This document shows, in pieces, positions 41,442-54,960 of a stretch of DNA of 64,000 bases. The position numbers were made by a program, and so were the translations under genes. Position 1 is the first letter of the stretch. Every line of letters starts with the position of its first letter. The DNA is from Octopus sinensis (taxonomy: Eukaryota), in the NCBI RefSeq assembly GCF_006345805.1, contig NC_043009.1, positions 30,752,001 to 30,816,000 on the forward strand, written 5' to 3'. The notes beneath the pieces were generated by a model. That model was not told where the DNA came from and searched no databases. It saw only the letters and a list, made by a program, of their open reading frames with translations.

Positions 41442-41743
41442 ACTCCGCCAGTTACGACGACGAGGGTCCCAGCTGATACGATCAGCGGAACAGCTTGCTC
41501 GTGAAATTAACGTGCAAATGGCTGAGCATTCCACAGGCACGTGTACCCTTAACGTAGTTCTCGGAGATAATCAGCGTGACACAGAGAGTGACAAGGCTGA
41601 CCCTTTGAAATACAAGTACAACTCATTTTTGCCAGCTGAGTGGACTGGAGCAACGTGAAATAAAGTGTCTTGCTCAAGGACACAACGCGTCGCCGGGAAT
41701 CGAACTCACAACCTTACGATCATGAGCCGAATGCCCTAACCAT
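41442..41743 (-). mobile_element. SINE family A-related
   Basis: Reverse complement of the family A tail (actccgccagttacgacgacgagg) and tRNA head (gggaatcgaactc..ccctaacc). Confidence 0.85.
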
Positions 41744-42157
41744 CTATCTATCTACTCATTGAATATAGCTGTCACTTACACATGAGTATGACCTGGTAGG
41801 ATATATGCTTCCACTGGGTGATTGAAGTGCCTATGGCGCCACAAGCGGTGTGTAGACACAGATAGATAATCTCTCGGCTCCCACCCATGTGCAACCTAAC
41901 CAGGCATTATGGATGTGAAAACTGGAGGAGAAGTGAGCTGCATTACATTGCATTTCTACGTACAGGGCCTGTGAAAAAGGAATCTCATTAGGATGTTGGT
42001 TGAAAAGGCAAATGATGATTCACTAAAGTAATAGCGTACCACCTACCGAGAGACGCTCCCATTAATGCCATATGCGTTCTGCTCATTTTTAAGGAAACAA
42101 TCAAGGGATAGGATTTTTTAAAATCATGTTGTAACTTCATGCATCTATATATATATA

Positions 42158-42236
<79 letters not shown>

Positions 42237-43357
42237 TGTGTGTGTGTGTACAGATAGATAGATAGATTGATTGACTGATTGACAGACAGATAGATACATA
42301 CACACATACATATATATATACATACATACAAATCTGCCCATACATACATACAAAAATACCCTGTTGTTGATGTTGAAATTCCAATGACGGAACCTTGGAT
42401 CTACGTTAGAAACCGGTTCTTTCTCTATTGGCAAGAAATCTTGAAATAAACTGAATAATGACATACATATATATGCATATACATATATGTATGTATATAC
42501 ATATATATATACACACACACACACATATATATATATAGTACATATTTCTTTAAATTTGGTACGACTCTATAACACTGTCTCTCTCTCCTACATTTCTCTG
42601 CCTTTCACACTTTGCACTCTACTTTGATCTGTCTCATTCTCTCTCTGTCTCTCCCTCTCTCTCTCTCTCTACTTCTCCTCTTCCTTTTCTCTTTTCTTGC
42701 CTCTGATTCTTTCGTCTCTTCTTCCCCCACTCTCTCACATTCCTCTGTCTTTCTCACTTTGCACCTCACTGATTCTGTCGCCAAGCCAATCCTTGGCACG
42801 CTCTCTTTCTTCTCCCCTCTTTAATTCCTTCTTTCTCTCTCTTCTCCCCCTTTGGTGCCTTCGTCCCTCTTTTTCTCTCACTCTTTGATTCCTTTGCCCC
42901 CTTTTTTTCTCTCTCTTCTCTCACGTGACCGCTGGTCAACCAGCCTTTCGGCTTCTAACCAGCGCCACGAGAATATCGTTGTCTTCGTCTACCGAAAAAG
43001 GCATTTTTTCCAAATATGCCAGCTAAACTAAGTTGTACTGTCTATAGTCGTAAGACATCCGCTGTTTTTGTCCTGTTATTACTATTATTGCTTTTTGTAT
43101 TTATATCCGTGTGGCATCGTCCGTTTTTCTGTCCTTGTTTCGTATACATTCGATACTTTATCCAAGAAATCTAATGCTCGTAGCTTAGTTTTTCCTTGGG
43201 GCTGGCTAGATCGGAGTGATCTCAAGATTAATCAGCCGAAATTGCGAGGATGATCCGGTTCTTGACTGAAGATTGAAGGCTTCGAATGTCCCGTCCGTCT
43301 TTTTTGTATCGTCTTCTAAATGTTTTACGTTCTTGTCCCAGTTTGTATTTTTCTACA

Positions 43358-43441
<84 letters not shown>

Positions 43442-44789
43442 TATGAATGTTTGTGTATGGATGTATGCATGTATATGTGTATGTATGCTGTATTTTGCTG
43501 TTGTTGATACATTCTCTTCCTTGTCCGATGCCATTGGTAAATCTGTCATCTTGGTCCCAATTGGCTCTAGCAAAATGGAAAATATCATGATGCACAGACC
43601 AGTAAACTTACAAGATCACATTTCCTCATAAGTATTGAAATTCTGGAAAGTAATTCCCTTGAGATTTATCATCAGCACCCCTACAGCCATCAGCACCCCT
43701 ACAGAACATCTATGCAACAAAGTAACGGGTGACATCAATGTAATTTTCAAACCAAACAGTTATGTGCACTTGTTAATTTATGCAAATTCAAATCTGTATA
43801 TTATCGAGGTGATTGTCTGTGTCATGGATAGCTGTAACCCCATAAAGCATACATTGAAAGGTGTGAGCATAAATGCAAGAGCCATAACATAAAACATGAG
43901 ACCACCTTTGCAACAGAAGCAAAAGCAGAATTATAACACTACTTAAATGATGCACTAAAATTCACCAGAGGCTTGGTCCGCATGCTATCCATCGTTTACA
44001 AAAGTCATTTTTGCTTTACATCACAACACTAAGACAGATTCACTAGAACTGGCTTTGCTCTCTTTAACATCGTACCAAGACACATAAAAGGAGAAAAAGA
44101 TCCCCTAATATTTAACGGGTTCCTGAACAATTATTTCCAGTGAATGAACTACCTATCCTCGGAGATATTTCTATAAACAATAACTCTCCACTCAAATAAG
44201 CTATGATATTCATAGAATGACTATGTGGAGTTATTAAGTTAGACATGGCCTGTGCCAATACTGGCTGAAACTTATCTACGTATATGGCTTTTGAACAATG
44301 CTGATATGGCCAGGTTTTTGTATCACATTCTCCACAGCGAATTTTAATACAATGGACTATCCCATCGAAAATTACTGCAGTTTCTATGGCAACGAGAAAT
44401 AGTTTGTCCTCACCAAACATAAACAACTTAAATAAGTTGGATTTAATTCGTATATGTCTCACGAAAATAGATATTATTTAACTAATTTTAACAGAATTAT
44501 CAACATTGTGTGGAGAATAAAAAACAATGACGCAGGCAATCTTTAATGTTCCACAATGAATGCAAGATAAATTGGATGTCAACTTTTGTTGACATCCATT
44601 TTAATTAATATATTCAATATTCACTCTTCCATACGAAGTACTGAGATAAGTTTTTCTTTCTTCTTAGAATTTCTATGAATGCTGAGAAAGCAAACAGTAT
44701 GAGTACTGTATATGGCAGGCCAATTTAACACTGTTCAGATTGGAAGTCAAACTACTGAACAATGTAATGCTGTAAACATATAGTTGAAA

Positions 44790-45500
44790 TTTTGGAGGAG
44801 GGGGGGCTAGTCGATTACAACAACCTCAATGCTCAACTGGTACTGATTTCATCGACCTTGTGGGACAGAAGGCAAAGTCAACCTCAGCGAAATTTGAACT
44901 CGGAATGTAAAAACAGACAAAATGCTGCTATGCATTTTGACTGGGGCGTTAACGATTCTACCACCTTACTGCCGTAACTCTTATACTAAATACCGAGATG
45001 CGTTTTTGTTTCTTCTTAGAATTACCTTGTGAATAATAATTCTGTCTAATTTTGGCACAAGACTATCAAATTTGAGAAGTGGACAAATCTTTTACCTCGA
45101 CTCCAGTATTTAAATGGTACTTTATTTCCTCGATGAAATGCAAAGTTTCTTCGGTGGTATTTGATCTTGGAACCTTAAGATCCGGAAAACATTCCACTGT
45201 CAATTTTTCCCAACAAGCTGACAATTCTGCATTTACTGTGTGAGTAGTAATTGTTTCGACTAGAGGCACAAGGCCCGAAAAATTGGATGTTTAAAGGATC
45301 AAATTTTAATAGAATACAAACGAGTAAGACACCGTGGATTACATCAACCTCAGTGCTTGAGTGCTACTTAATCTATCGACTCCGAAACGATGAAAAACAA
45401 AGTCGATCTCAGCGGAAATTGAACTCAGAACAAGAAGACGAGAGAAATGCTACTAAACAATTTGAACAGAGTGTTTAAGATTCGGCCAGCTTGCTGCCTT
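44790..45500 (-). mobile_element. Three diverged family C SINEs in tandem orientation
   Basis: Family C motifs at ~44850-44900, ~45100-45170 and ~45370-45430. Confidence 0.75.
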
Positions 45501-47484
45501 TATCGTGTCGATAATAATACATGTAAATTCACTACTATCTTTTGTATATGTTTGTTCGTGTGCATGTGTGTGTGTTGTGTGTGTGTGTGACTTTTTGTTT
45601 GCATTCACTCCAAATGTAACACACGAAGGGAATACTTGAAGTCGCGATCTGGTGACTCAACAGCCTCGCACGAATAAATATACTTGGGTATATATATATA
45701 TATATATATATTACACTTTCCCAGTTTGTGCAATTATGATATACTTTCTATGCTTTTCCTACTGAGCTTTTCTTCAAGACTTCCCTGATAATCACTTTCC
45801 AGTTATTTTGGTTTTTCTTTTAGAATTCAGAAACATGTCGTCAACAGAATCAAGAATAGACATGTCTAGCCTCTGACCGTCTGATTGACTGACCTCGTGG
45901 AATTTATTCTAATCCTCACGTGACATGACAAGTAACAATCTTTTGCTGGCAATCGTATAAAGTGAATTGTTCCAATTATCTGTGAAGTTGAACATAAAAA
46001 TATATATTTATATTAGATTATGAGGTTGTCCAAATACACATATACACATAAGCACAAATACACAAACACGCAAATATATTTATATATATATATATATGTT
46101 TATACATATACACTCACACATATAGATGTGTACACCCACTTTTATATATTGACACACACACACAGACACACACATACACATATATACATACACATACATA
46201 GATCAGTGTGTGTATAATGTGTGCAGGCATATGTATTCATTTCTGACATGGTAAGCTGTGCTATTTAAAGTATTTATTGATATCAGTGCGTTCATCTTAT
46301 GGGCTGGCTGTTTTATATTTAGTCACTATTACCAGAATCAGCAAATTAGTTGACTATAAAGTGAAGTACGATATCCATAAGTTATAGATAAACTATTGCT
46401 ATTAAAAGTAAACGAGTTAAGACCAAATAACTAATAATAGTTGTTAAATATCTCTTAAATCACACGCAACCAGAGTAAAAGTGAGAGTAGATTTTTAATC
46501 ACAAATATTTTCCAAGATGAACTATGTCTGAAGCACGCAGATATGATGGTCATTGTTGGAACATTTTGGTCAAGGAATTTTTGAGACATGGCCGGTTTAA
46601 AAGCCTCACAAGAACACCAACAATAACCGTGGCTAAATATTTGGCGTTCTCGATTTAGCACTTCAATTTGTCTGAGCAAACGCCGGGCAATCTTAGTGTA
46701 ACTCGTGTTTAAAGACTCAAATCTTGATACATTGAAGACGAGTAGCTCACGGCGAACTGCTTTAAAATGATGAAGTCATCCTAAAACTGACTAAAATATA
46801 TATACATGGTGTTGCGGAAAAGAAGTGACCTTTCGACAAGAAGACTTTGAAAATGGGAGCAAGAAAATCTGTTTGATATAGAGCCACCCAAATTACACAC
46901 TTAAATGTAGTCCCTTGCCTCTGTTTATTATAGCTGCAAACCTCCTTTTTAAGAGGCCATAAGTATATCTATTTTGAATTTTAAATACTAAATAAACATA
47001 CTAAAAAAAAAACCATCATAGCTACATTTACATCTTAACTGATTCACCGAACGTCAACTAAAAACTAAAATGAAATTAACTTCCGGTGACTTCTCTTTTC
47101 AATTGTTCTTCTCAAAATGAGTTGACATTAAGTATATAGGAACAAAATAACGCGCATCAGCGAGAAGTATGACTTTTGCCCAAGGTCATGACCAAACGCC
47201 CTCTGGAGAGTAATCAAAATCCTTTCACTTGGCTTCCTTTCACTGGTGCAGCTGCTTTGCTGGCCAATAATGACGAGAAATGTTCACGTGAATGCAATCA
47301 TTTTGCTCGTTTATTATATTAATCAAATCCTAATATATCACCCGTTGAATATGACGATCACTTATTAATATGCATTGAAGTGATATATGACTGTTGTTCA
47401 TCTTTATGTGCAAATGTGTGTGTGAATACATATACACACACACACATATATATAAGTATATTTATATAAACATATATAGATATG

Positions 47485-47521
<37 letters not shown>

Positions 47522-48784
47522 ACACATAAACATGTGTATGTTATTGTGTGTGCGTACATATATGCATGTTTATATATGAATATACCTCTATGTGAATGTG
47601 TATACATATTTATATTTACATATATATTTACATATTCTTGTATTATATAGCTACATACAAAGATATACATAAAGGCATATGTGTACTTGTATATATATAT
47701 ATATATATATATATGTGCGTGTGTGTGAATATACATATATATTCTAGGTGAGAGTGTGAGAGAGAGAGAGAGAATTTAATAGAAAGACAAACTCACTTAT
47801 AGATAGAGACATATAAACATATACACAGTCACATGGAAACATGGAAACTATGAGTTTATGTGTATTTCATGTTGTTTATAAATATGCATGCATGTGGAAA
47901 ATTTTCCACTCTAAGAGCAACCTATTTGCAATAGTCTATTATTCTCATTTTTGTTAAATTGCCATCGACAGTGAAAGATCACATTAGAACTGAAAATAAA
48001 ACCAAATCAATGTGAAAGATGAGAATTTATTCATAAACAGGAATATATAATCAGAAACTACTATATTTTACTTAACTGTCGACATACATAAAGTTTCATA
48101 TACACTTTTAATAGTATCATGACAAAGGTGGGGGAAATTACCAATTTGGAATACACATATATATCAGTATTCTGATTTCAACAATGGAACTTTCGGGGGG
48201 AAAAGGAAAGTATAGTATTTCAAAAATTTATCATACAATATATGTAAAGTTAATATAATACACATATATTTTTCCTTCGTTTTGTTGTTCATCATCATCA
48301 TCATTATTATTAATTATGACTATATTATTATTATTATCATCATCATTATTAATATTAATAATGTTAGAATATTTATTTGTCTCATTAATTTGCTTCAGTG
48401 GCTGATTTAATTTTTGATGGTCTTTAACATAATTTTATAAGTTAAAGTCACGAAATAATATAATAATGTATTCTGCTATTCTGCATCGCCAAACAAACCA
48501 ATCCACTCACTCTAGAAAGGTTCTTTTCTTTTTTACATCAGGGAGTGGCGTTGAATTAAGGCAGCAAATTGGTAACGCCTTTAGAACTCAGATGGAATTG
48601 GGTGTCTTGTTGTATTCGTCATAGCAGTCTACGGCCAGGTAGTTTTGGGCTCTGTTCCTTTGCATAGTAACTTATGCTTTCTACTCCAACCATGAGCCCA
48701 TTGCTGTCTTGGGAGTGAATTTGGTAGCAGAAAACTGTAAAAGCCTGTCATATACATGTGTGTGTATACCCACCTATATATATA

Positions 48785-48872
<88 letters not shown>

Positions 48873-49142
48873 TATATAGTATTTGCTCTTATATATTATA
48901 TGATTGTGATAATCTTACTGTTCAGTATTACATATTATTACAATTTTACATTAGGTTTTGTATGGTATATGTAAAAAAGAATGGCTTTGGACAGGTTCTT
49001 CATTGATTGCGTTGTGGAGTGGAGGTTCATCTCTAAATTAATTATTTACATATATTATATATTATATATTATTAAATTCAGTCTAATATTATTATACTGA
49101 ATGTTAAATGTGAGGTTCGAATAATATTTATTCCCTAATATA

Positions 49143-49207
<65 letters not shown>

Positions 49208-49896
49208 TACATATATGTACATATATATATATACATATAAACATATATATACATATATATATATATACATGCATATACATATATATATATACAAATATAT
49301 ATACATATATATATACATATATATATACATATATATATATAAATATACATATATACATATGCACATATATACTTATACATATACATATATATAAATATAT
49401 ATATATATACATATGCATATATATACATATGTAAATATATACTTATACATATATATATACATATATATATATATACATATATACATATGCAGAAGGTTGA
49501 AAAGCAAGACACGAACTGATGTGTATAAGGAAAATAAGACAAGGTAGGAAATGCTAAAATGATTTTATCATGAAGAGCATTTTAGTGCTGGTTTCAGTCT
49601 TTACGACTTTAGCAACTTAGAGTGAAGCAGGAAAAACCAATTAAATAGTGGAAAAATGAAATGAAAATAAAAAAAAATATTTTCATAGTTTTGAAATGCA
49701 GGGAACATTTTCCTTTTTTCTGTCTCTTTCTTTTTTTTACTCATGTGAGGGCTTGGTAGTAGCAGTCTTAAAAGAATATTTGATATGAGTTCTTGGTCTT
49801 GATTGTTTAAAGAGAGGATGAGGAGAAGGAGAAGAAAGCTGAAACCGGTACTAAATGTTCATGATGAAATTATTTTAGCATTTTCTACCTTATTTC

Positions 49897-49932
<36 letters not shown>

Positions 49933-51679
49933 GAGAGAGAGAGAGAGAGAGAGAAGTATGTCCTTGTGTTTGTTCTCCCATTGCTTCAGAGCAAATGAGA
50001 CCAACAGGATATATAACAGACTTTAAAGCAAATAAGTGCTAGTGGAAATTAGTACCACTAAAATCTATTAAAGTGGTGCTCCTGCATGGTCACTGGTCAA
50101 TTACTGGAGCGAGGAAAAGAATACCTTCAAACTAATTATGGTCCCATAGCAATTGTTGTACATGGATACACAGTATAGAATTGATGCCTGATCATCGCCA
50201 GTGGCTATTTGGGTTGTGTGGCTGAAAAATTAACGAACAGATGACCATCTCTGAAAATTAACTATTCACATAACAAAATATAGTTTTGCGATGACAACAT
50301 TACAGCTAGTATTTTGTTGAAACATGCCCCGAGCTAGATGTGAAATGGTTGGCGATGAGAACTTGAACCCATCCTACAATTCTATGCGAAAATATGATTA
50401 TCAAACAAAGAATATTCTATAACTTTGATATTAGCAAGAGATGTGATTCCAGAACCAAATATGCACATATTTGTTAAGTATGTATTTATGAGTGATGTAT
50501 TTTCTGATTATTAAATTTATTTACTTTCAGAATATATAACTTGGGAAAATTTTATTTATATTTGCCGGAAACAAAAATTCAAACAATTTCTGAAGTAAAT
50601 ATTCTACGATAATAAAAATATATAAAATTATTTCTTTGGCAAATATTAAAAAAAAAAGAAAGAAGTTTACTAAGTCATATAATTATGTTGAATGTAAACA
50701 ATCAAGAGAAGAGATGGCACCCGTCAAAAGGTCAGTAAAATGTTATGTAATAAATTAAAGTTGTTTGTTATATCTTTCTGTATGAATAACATGCATTATT
50801 ACAAAAGTATAGGTTCGTTTTTCAGAAAATTTAATACGTAAATTTCGATCTATTATTGTACATAGTTGGAATTATCATGCAGCTATTTACCTTTAATCTG
50901 ATAAATGTTTAGAAATAAAACTGAAACAGTATGATCACTTATATATTTGTAGGCATATATTTCTTGTTGTTTCATTTAGATCTTTTATTTCTAAAAGTTA
51001 ATTTTTTCTTTATTTTTTACCAAACATAAACAAATTATTGAGAAATAATACATTAAGTCTACGAGAGGATAAGTTATAAATGTGCATTATTCTAAAACTA
51101 AATTGTCTTCTGTTTGCAACATTTCAATGCTAACGGTTTTGTAGATTGTGTTTGCATTAGTTACACAAAAGTTGAATAAAAAAGTTTTTATCTACTTAGT
51201 AGTTGGAGAGTAACGGTAACAGCCAATAATGGCAGTAGAGTTTCTTGTTGATGGAATATGAAAGAAAGATAAACGAATTAGTATAACGCAGCTGACTGAT
51301 ACAGTGGAACAGCAAGCTAATTTCCATTGCAGAATTACTGAGTCTCCAACTGCTTGGTGCTAGCTTCGAATTTCATTTTCAGTTTACTGAACATTTCAAA
51401 GTAATAGTATATTGCAAAGAAAAACAATACAAAAGCTAGAAAAGTTATGACAATCTGAGGTTGCTCGGCATAACAAGTTTCTCTTATATTCATGAAACTG
51501 CAATACTATTCTGGGGCTGTTGAAGCCTCGTATACTGTTCTAATTTAAGTTTCAGATCTATTTTTGATGTGCCTCTTAATTACAAAAAATAAAAGTACAA
51601 TTGTCTTTTACTTATTTTGGCTCTCTTCAGGTTCTAAGGCCTTAAGCTATAGTGTGTTTGTGATGTGCCTAAATCCTGA

Positions 51680-52550
51680 TTGTCAAAGATGTTTTGCTCT
51701 GTCTGATGTCATGTGCAATTAGCAATTAATTTGTTTTCTCTTAATAATAATTGTGATTTAATGACACATGGCATACACTTCAGTACCTATTATATAGAAT
51801 AGTGAGGCGGCTAATTGGTGAAGTCATTAAGGAGTGAAAGAGAAGGAGTTTTACTATTTTGTTAGGGTTCTCTGCGCTCTGAGTTCAAACACAACCGAGG
51901 TAAAAAAAAAATAATATAAGCAACACTATGAATCAAAACATCATGAAGTATGTGAAAAAGGTGAGTTCCGGTTGAAGAAAGATCAGGCTTCAATATACAA
52001 ATTTTCATAACGAAAATGTCAATTGTTTATAAAAGAAAATCGTCACAGCATTAGACCCTTCACTTTTCAATAAATCTGATATTTTGCCAGAAATAATCAA
52101 AAAATAACTATTCAATAAGTATTAAATTATTAATGGAACATCAGTCAACAAAATATTACAATACTTCTAGTTTCAACTGTGAAATAAATGTTAATGTGTT
52201 GAGGAAAATGAGAAATCTAATGTTTAGGACAGAAACGCTTCGTCGGAGAGGAAAGAATTCCCCAGATCGACGGAATTATTATTATTGCAATGAAAGGCAG
52301 CTTAGCTTCAGTAACCGTAAGATTTTTTGCTCTCAGTCTGATGGCATGTGCAATTATTATGATTGATTTTTTTTTTCTTAGTAATACTTGTGATTTAATG
52401 ACACATGGCATACACTTCAGTATCTATTGTTTAGAATAGTGAGGTGACTAATTGAAGTCGTTAAGGAGCGAGAGAGAGAAGGAGTTTTGCTATTTTGTTA
52501 GGGCTCTCTGCACTCTGAGTTCAAACCCAGCCGAGATCACAATTTGTCAT
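51680..52550 (+). repeat. Old direct duplication (~230 bp, period ~640) ending in a SINE head
   Basis: tgtgatttaatgacacatggcatacacttcagta..gaatagtgagg..gctctgagttcaaac at ~51750-51900 and ~52390-52540. Confidence 0.8.
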
Positions 52551-53144
52551 TCATCACTAAAGAATCGTCAAATAATACCTCAGTCAAGTACTACGGTTGA
52601 TTTCTGCTTCTTCTTCTTTCAAGATGTGAATGGGGCATAGAAGAAATGTTCATATAGCATTCTAACCAATTTCATTCATTACTTTACTGTAGACAGAAGA
52701 CAATAGTGACCACTAAACATAACATGTTTGCATATAACCTCATATCTTAATAATACACCTTTCACAATACCTATCATGAGATACCTAACTTCGGTGGCTA
52801 TTAGTGATTCTTTATACAACTAAATTTATCAGCCATTTAAAGTGTCTTCTACTACTGTTAGATACAGATTAATCTCAATTAAATATGTTACAACTATTTT
52901 ATAAAACAAACGACTTTTTTAGAAATGTAAACATCGTGTTTACCTGAATAAGAGATTCAACAATTGATAGTACATTGTTTTGTTTTAATTTCATGCAAAA
53001 ATTTTTTTTTATCTCTAACAAAAACAAATCATTATCAAAATATATCTGAAGTATAACAGAGTTAGTTATAAAAGTGAATTAATATTTTTGCAACCGAATT
53101 ATTTTCGGAAAAATAAACAAACAACTACAATATTAAGAAAGGAA

Positions 53145-53360
53145 CTAAGATAGCTGGCTGGCAGAATCTTTAGCCTCCTGGGCAAAACGCTTGGTAGCAT
53201 TTCATCTGTATTTACGTTCTGAATTCAAATTCTGCTGAGGTTGACTTTGCCCTTCATCCTTTCAGGGTCGATGAAATAAATACCAGTTGAGTGCTGGGGT
53301 TGATATAATCGACTTACCCACCCAACGAATTTGTTGATTTTTGCCAAAATTTTAAACCAA
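53145..53360 (+). mobile_element. Family C SINE
   Basis: agctggctggcagaatc..ttctgaattcaaattctgctgaggttgactttgcccttcatcctttcaggggtcg. Confidence 0.85.
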
Positions 53361-54265
53361 TATTAAGCAAGAAACTAAGTGATAAAATTAATGTCGAGTG
53401 ATGTGCAGTATTGTAGATATGGAGTATGAATGGATTATGAGTGACGGGAGGAACAGGAAGAGGAAAGGAAGTCATGATGCTGACAAAGGAAGTTACGTAA
53501 GTGCAAGCGTTATGAGATGAGCTGGGAAGGAATTGGATGAAGTGTTGTTTGGATCTCGTATTTATGATGAAGTGGATTTAAGAGAAGTGGAAATATGATC
53601 CTACAACTGAAATATCTAATTCACACCATGAAGATTAAAAGTAAAATCCCTTGGACCAGACCGTCGCAGTGTTTAATCGTTGTAGACTGAGTGGATGGGA
53701 ACAACGTGGAGTGGAGTGTTTTGCTCAAAACGAAACCCCAATTTTGCTTGTGTGCGTGCAACATCTTAACCATTTGGTCACTCTCTTTTACAATCCACAC
53801 CGGTCCAGATGGAGGATAGATATGTAAACGGAACCCTTCACCTCTTGAATTTTTTTTACAGAATCCCATATTTTAGGCTGTGGAGATTCTCATTCTGAAA
53901 AACTTTTCAAAAATCACAACTTAAATATTTGGATTCCCCCCTCCCCATTTTCTTCATTTTTCACTTCTTCTGTAAATTTTTTTCTTTTATTTTGGCGAAA
54001 TATTTACAAAAATACAGAGATTAGGATACTGAAAAAAATTGTTTGCAAAATTTCAATTTTTCAACCCCAGCACCCTATTCGCATGCTGGAAATATGTAAT
54101 CAATCTACTCACCTTGCTGCAAAGATTTGTTTCAGAGTAATTTTCCGCAGTAATATGACAAAATGAAATTAAAGCACCCTTTTTTTTCTTTCTTTGAAAG
54201 TTATAAAAAGATATGGGTTTTGTCGAGAAGTGTGCTCGGGGAAGCCGCACCGGTAGAGTTTATTG

Positions 54266-54652
54266 GGGATAGGCTGTGTAGCAAGTAGCTTTCTTACCAA
54301 CCACATGGCTCCGGGTTCAGTCCCACTGCGTAGCACCTTGGGCAAGTGTCTTCTACTATAGCCTCAGGCCGACCAAAGCCTTGTGAGTGGATTTGGTAGA
54401 CAGAAACTGAAAGAAACCCATTGTATATATGTATATATATGTGTGTGTATGTTTGTGTTTGTCCTCCCAACATCGCTTGACAACAGTTGCTGGTGTGTTT
54501 ACGTCCCTGTAACTTAGTGGTTTGGCAAAAGCCACTAATAGAATAAGTACTAGAATTACAAAGAATAATTCCTGAGGTTGATTTGCACGACTAAAGGTAG
54601 TGTTCCAGCATGGTCACAGTCAAATGACTGAAACAAGTAAAAGAGTAAAGAG
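54266..54652 (+). mobile_element. CORE-type SINE family B nested in the Merlin element
   Basis: gcaccttgggcaagtgtcttctactatagcc core; gactgaaacaagtaaaagagtaaag tail. Confidence 0.9.
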
Positions 54653-54654
54653 TG

Positions 54655-54960
54655 ATGCGTTCGAGAAATGTATAGAAATTCTGGAAGTTTTTCTTTGCAG
54701 TAAATCCATACATTTCTCAATACGTCGATTCATCGACGCGTGACCTTTTCATGTCGCCCGATGATGCAGTCACATATTTTAGCCATCTTTTGATATTGGA
54801 CCAATAGGCCTCAATGTGGTTTGTGCAAGCACCAGTTTCAGGGTCGATGAAATTCTTTGAATAGTCAACCGTTCTGTGAATGTAACCCAGCTGTTGTAAG
54901 TTCCTACAGCTGGCCCATTTGTCTGTATGTTATAGTACCGGGCAACACATTTTTAATTAT
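54655..54960 (-). pseudogene. C-terminal ISXO2/IS1595-type DDE transposase remnant
   Basis: With one frameshift reads IIKNVLPGTI-HTDKWASCRNLQQLGYIHRTVDYSKNFIDPETGACTNHIEAYWSNIKRWLK. The HTD..GY.H..V..S..F.DP.TG..TN.IE..W..KR pattern is diagnostic. Confidence 0.88.

Noticed and set aside
43250-43295. CTGAAGA..GAAtgtc HHR-like motif
   Set aside because: GAAA is broken and no stem I partner is found; probably part of an unclassified repeat.
43480-43520. Integrase-like YFAVVDTFS
   Set aside because: Short match next to a microsatellite, with no downstream D or E motifs.
44180-44340. Pif1-helicase-like F..YGQVFV.S in a stop-ridden frame
   Set aside because: Too weak to separate from chance without a profile search.
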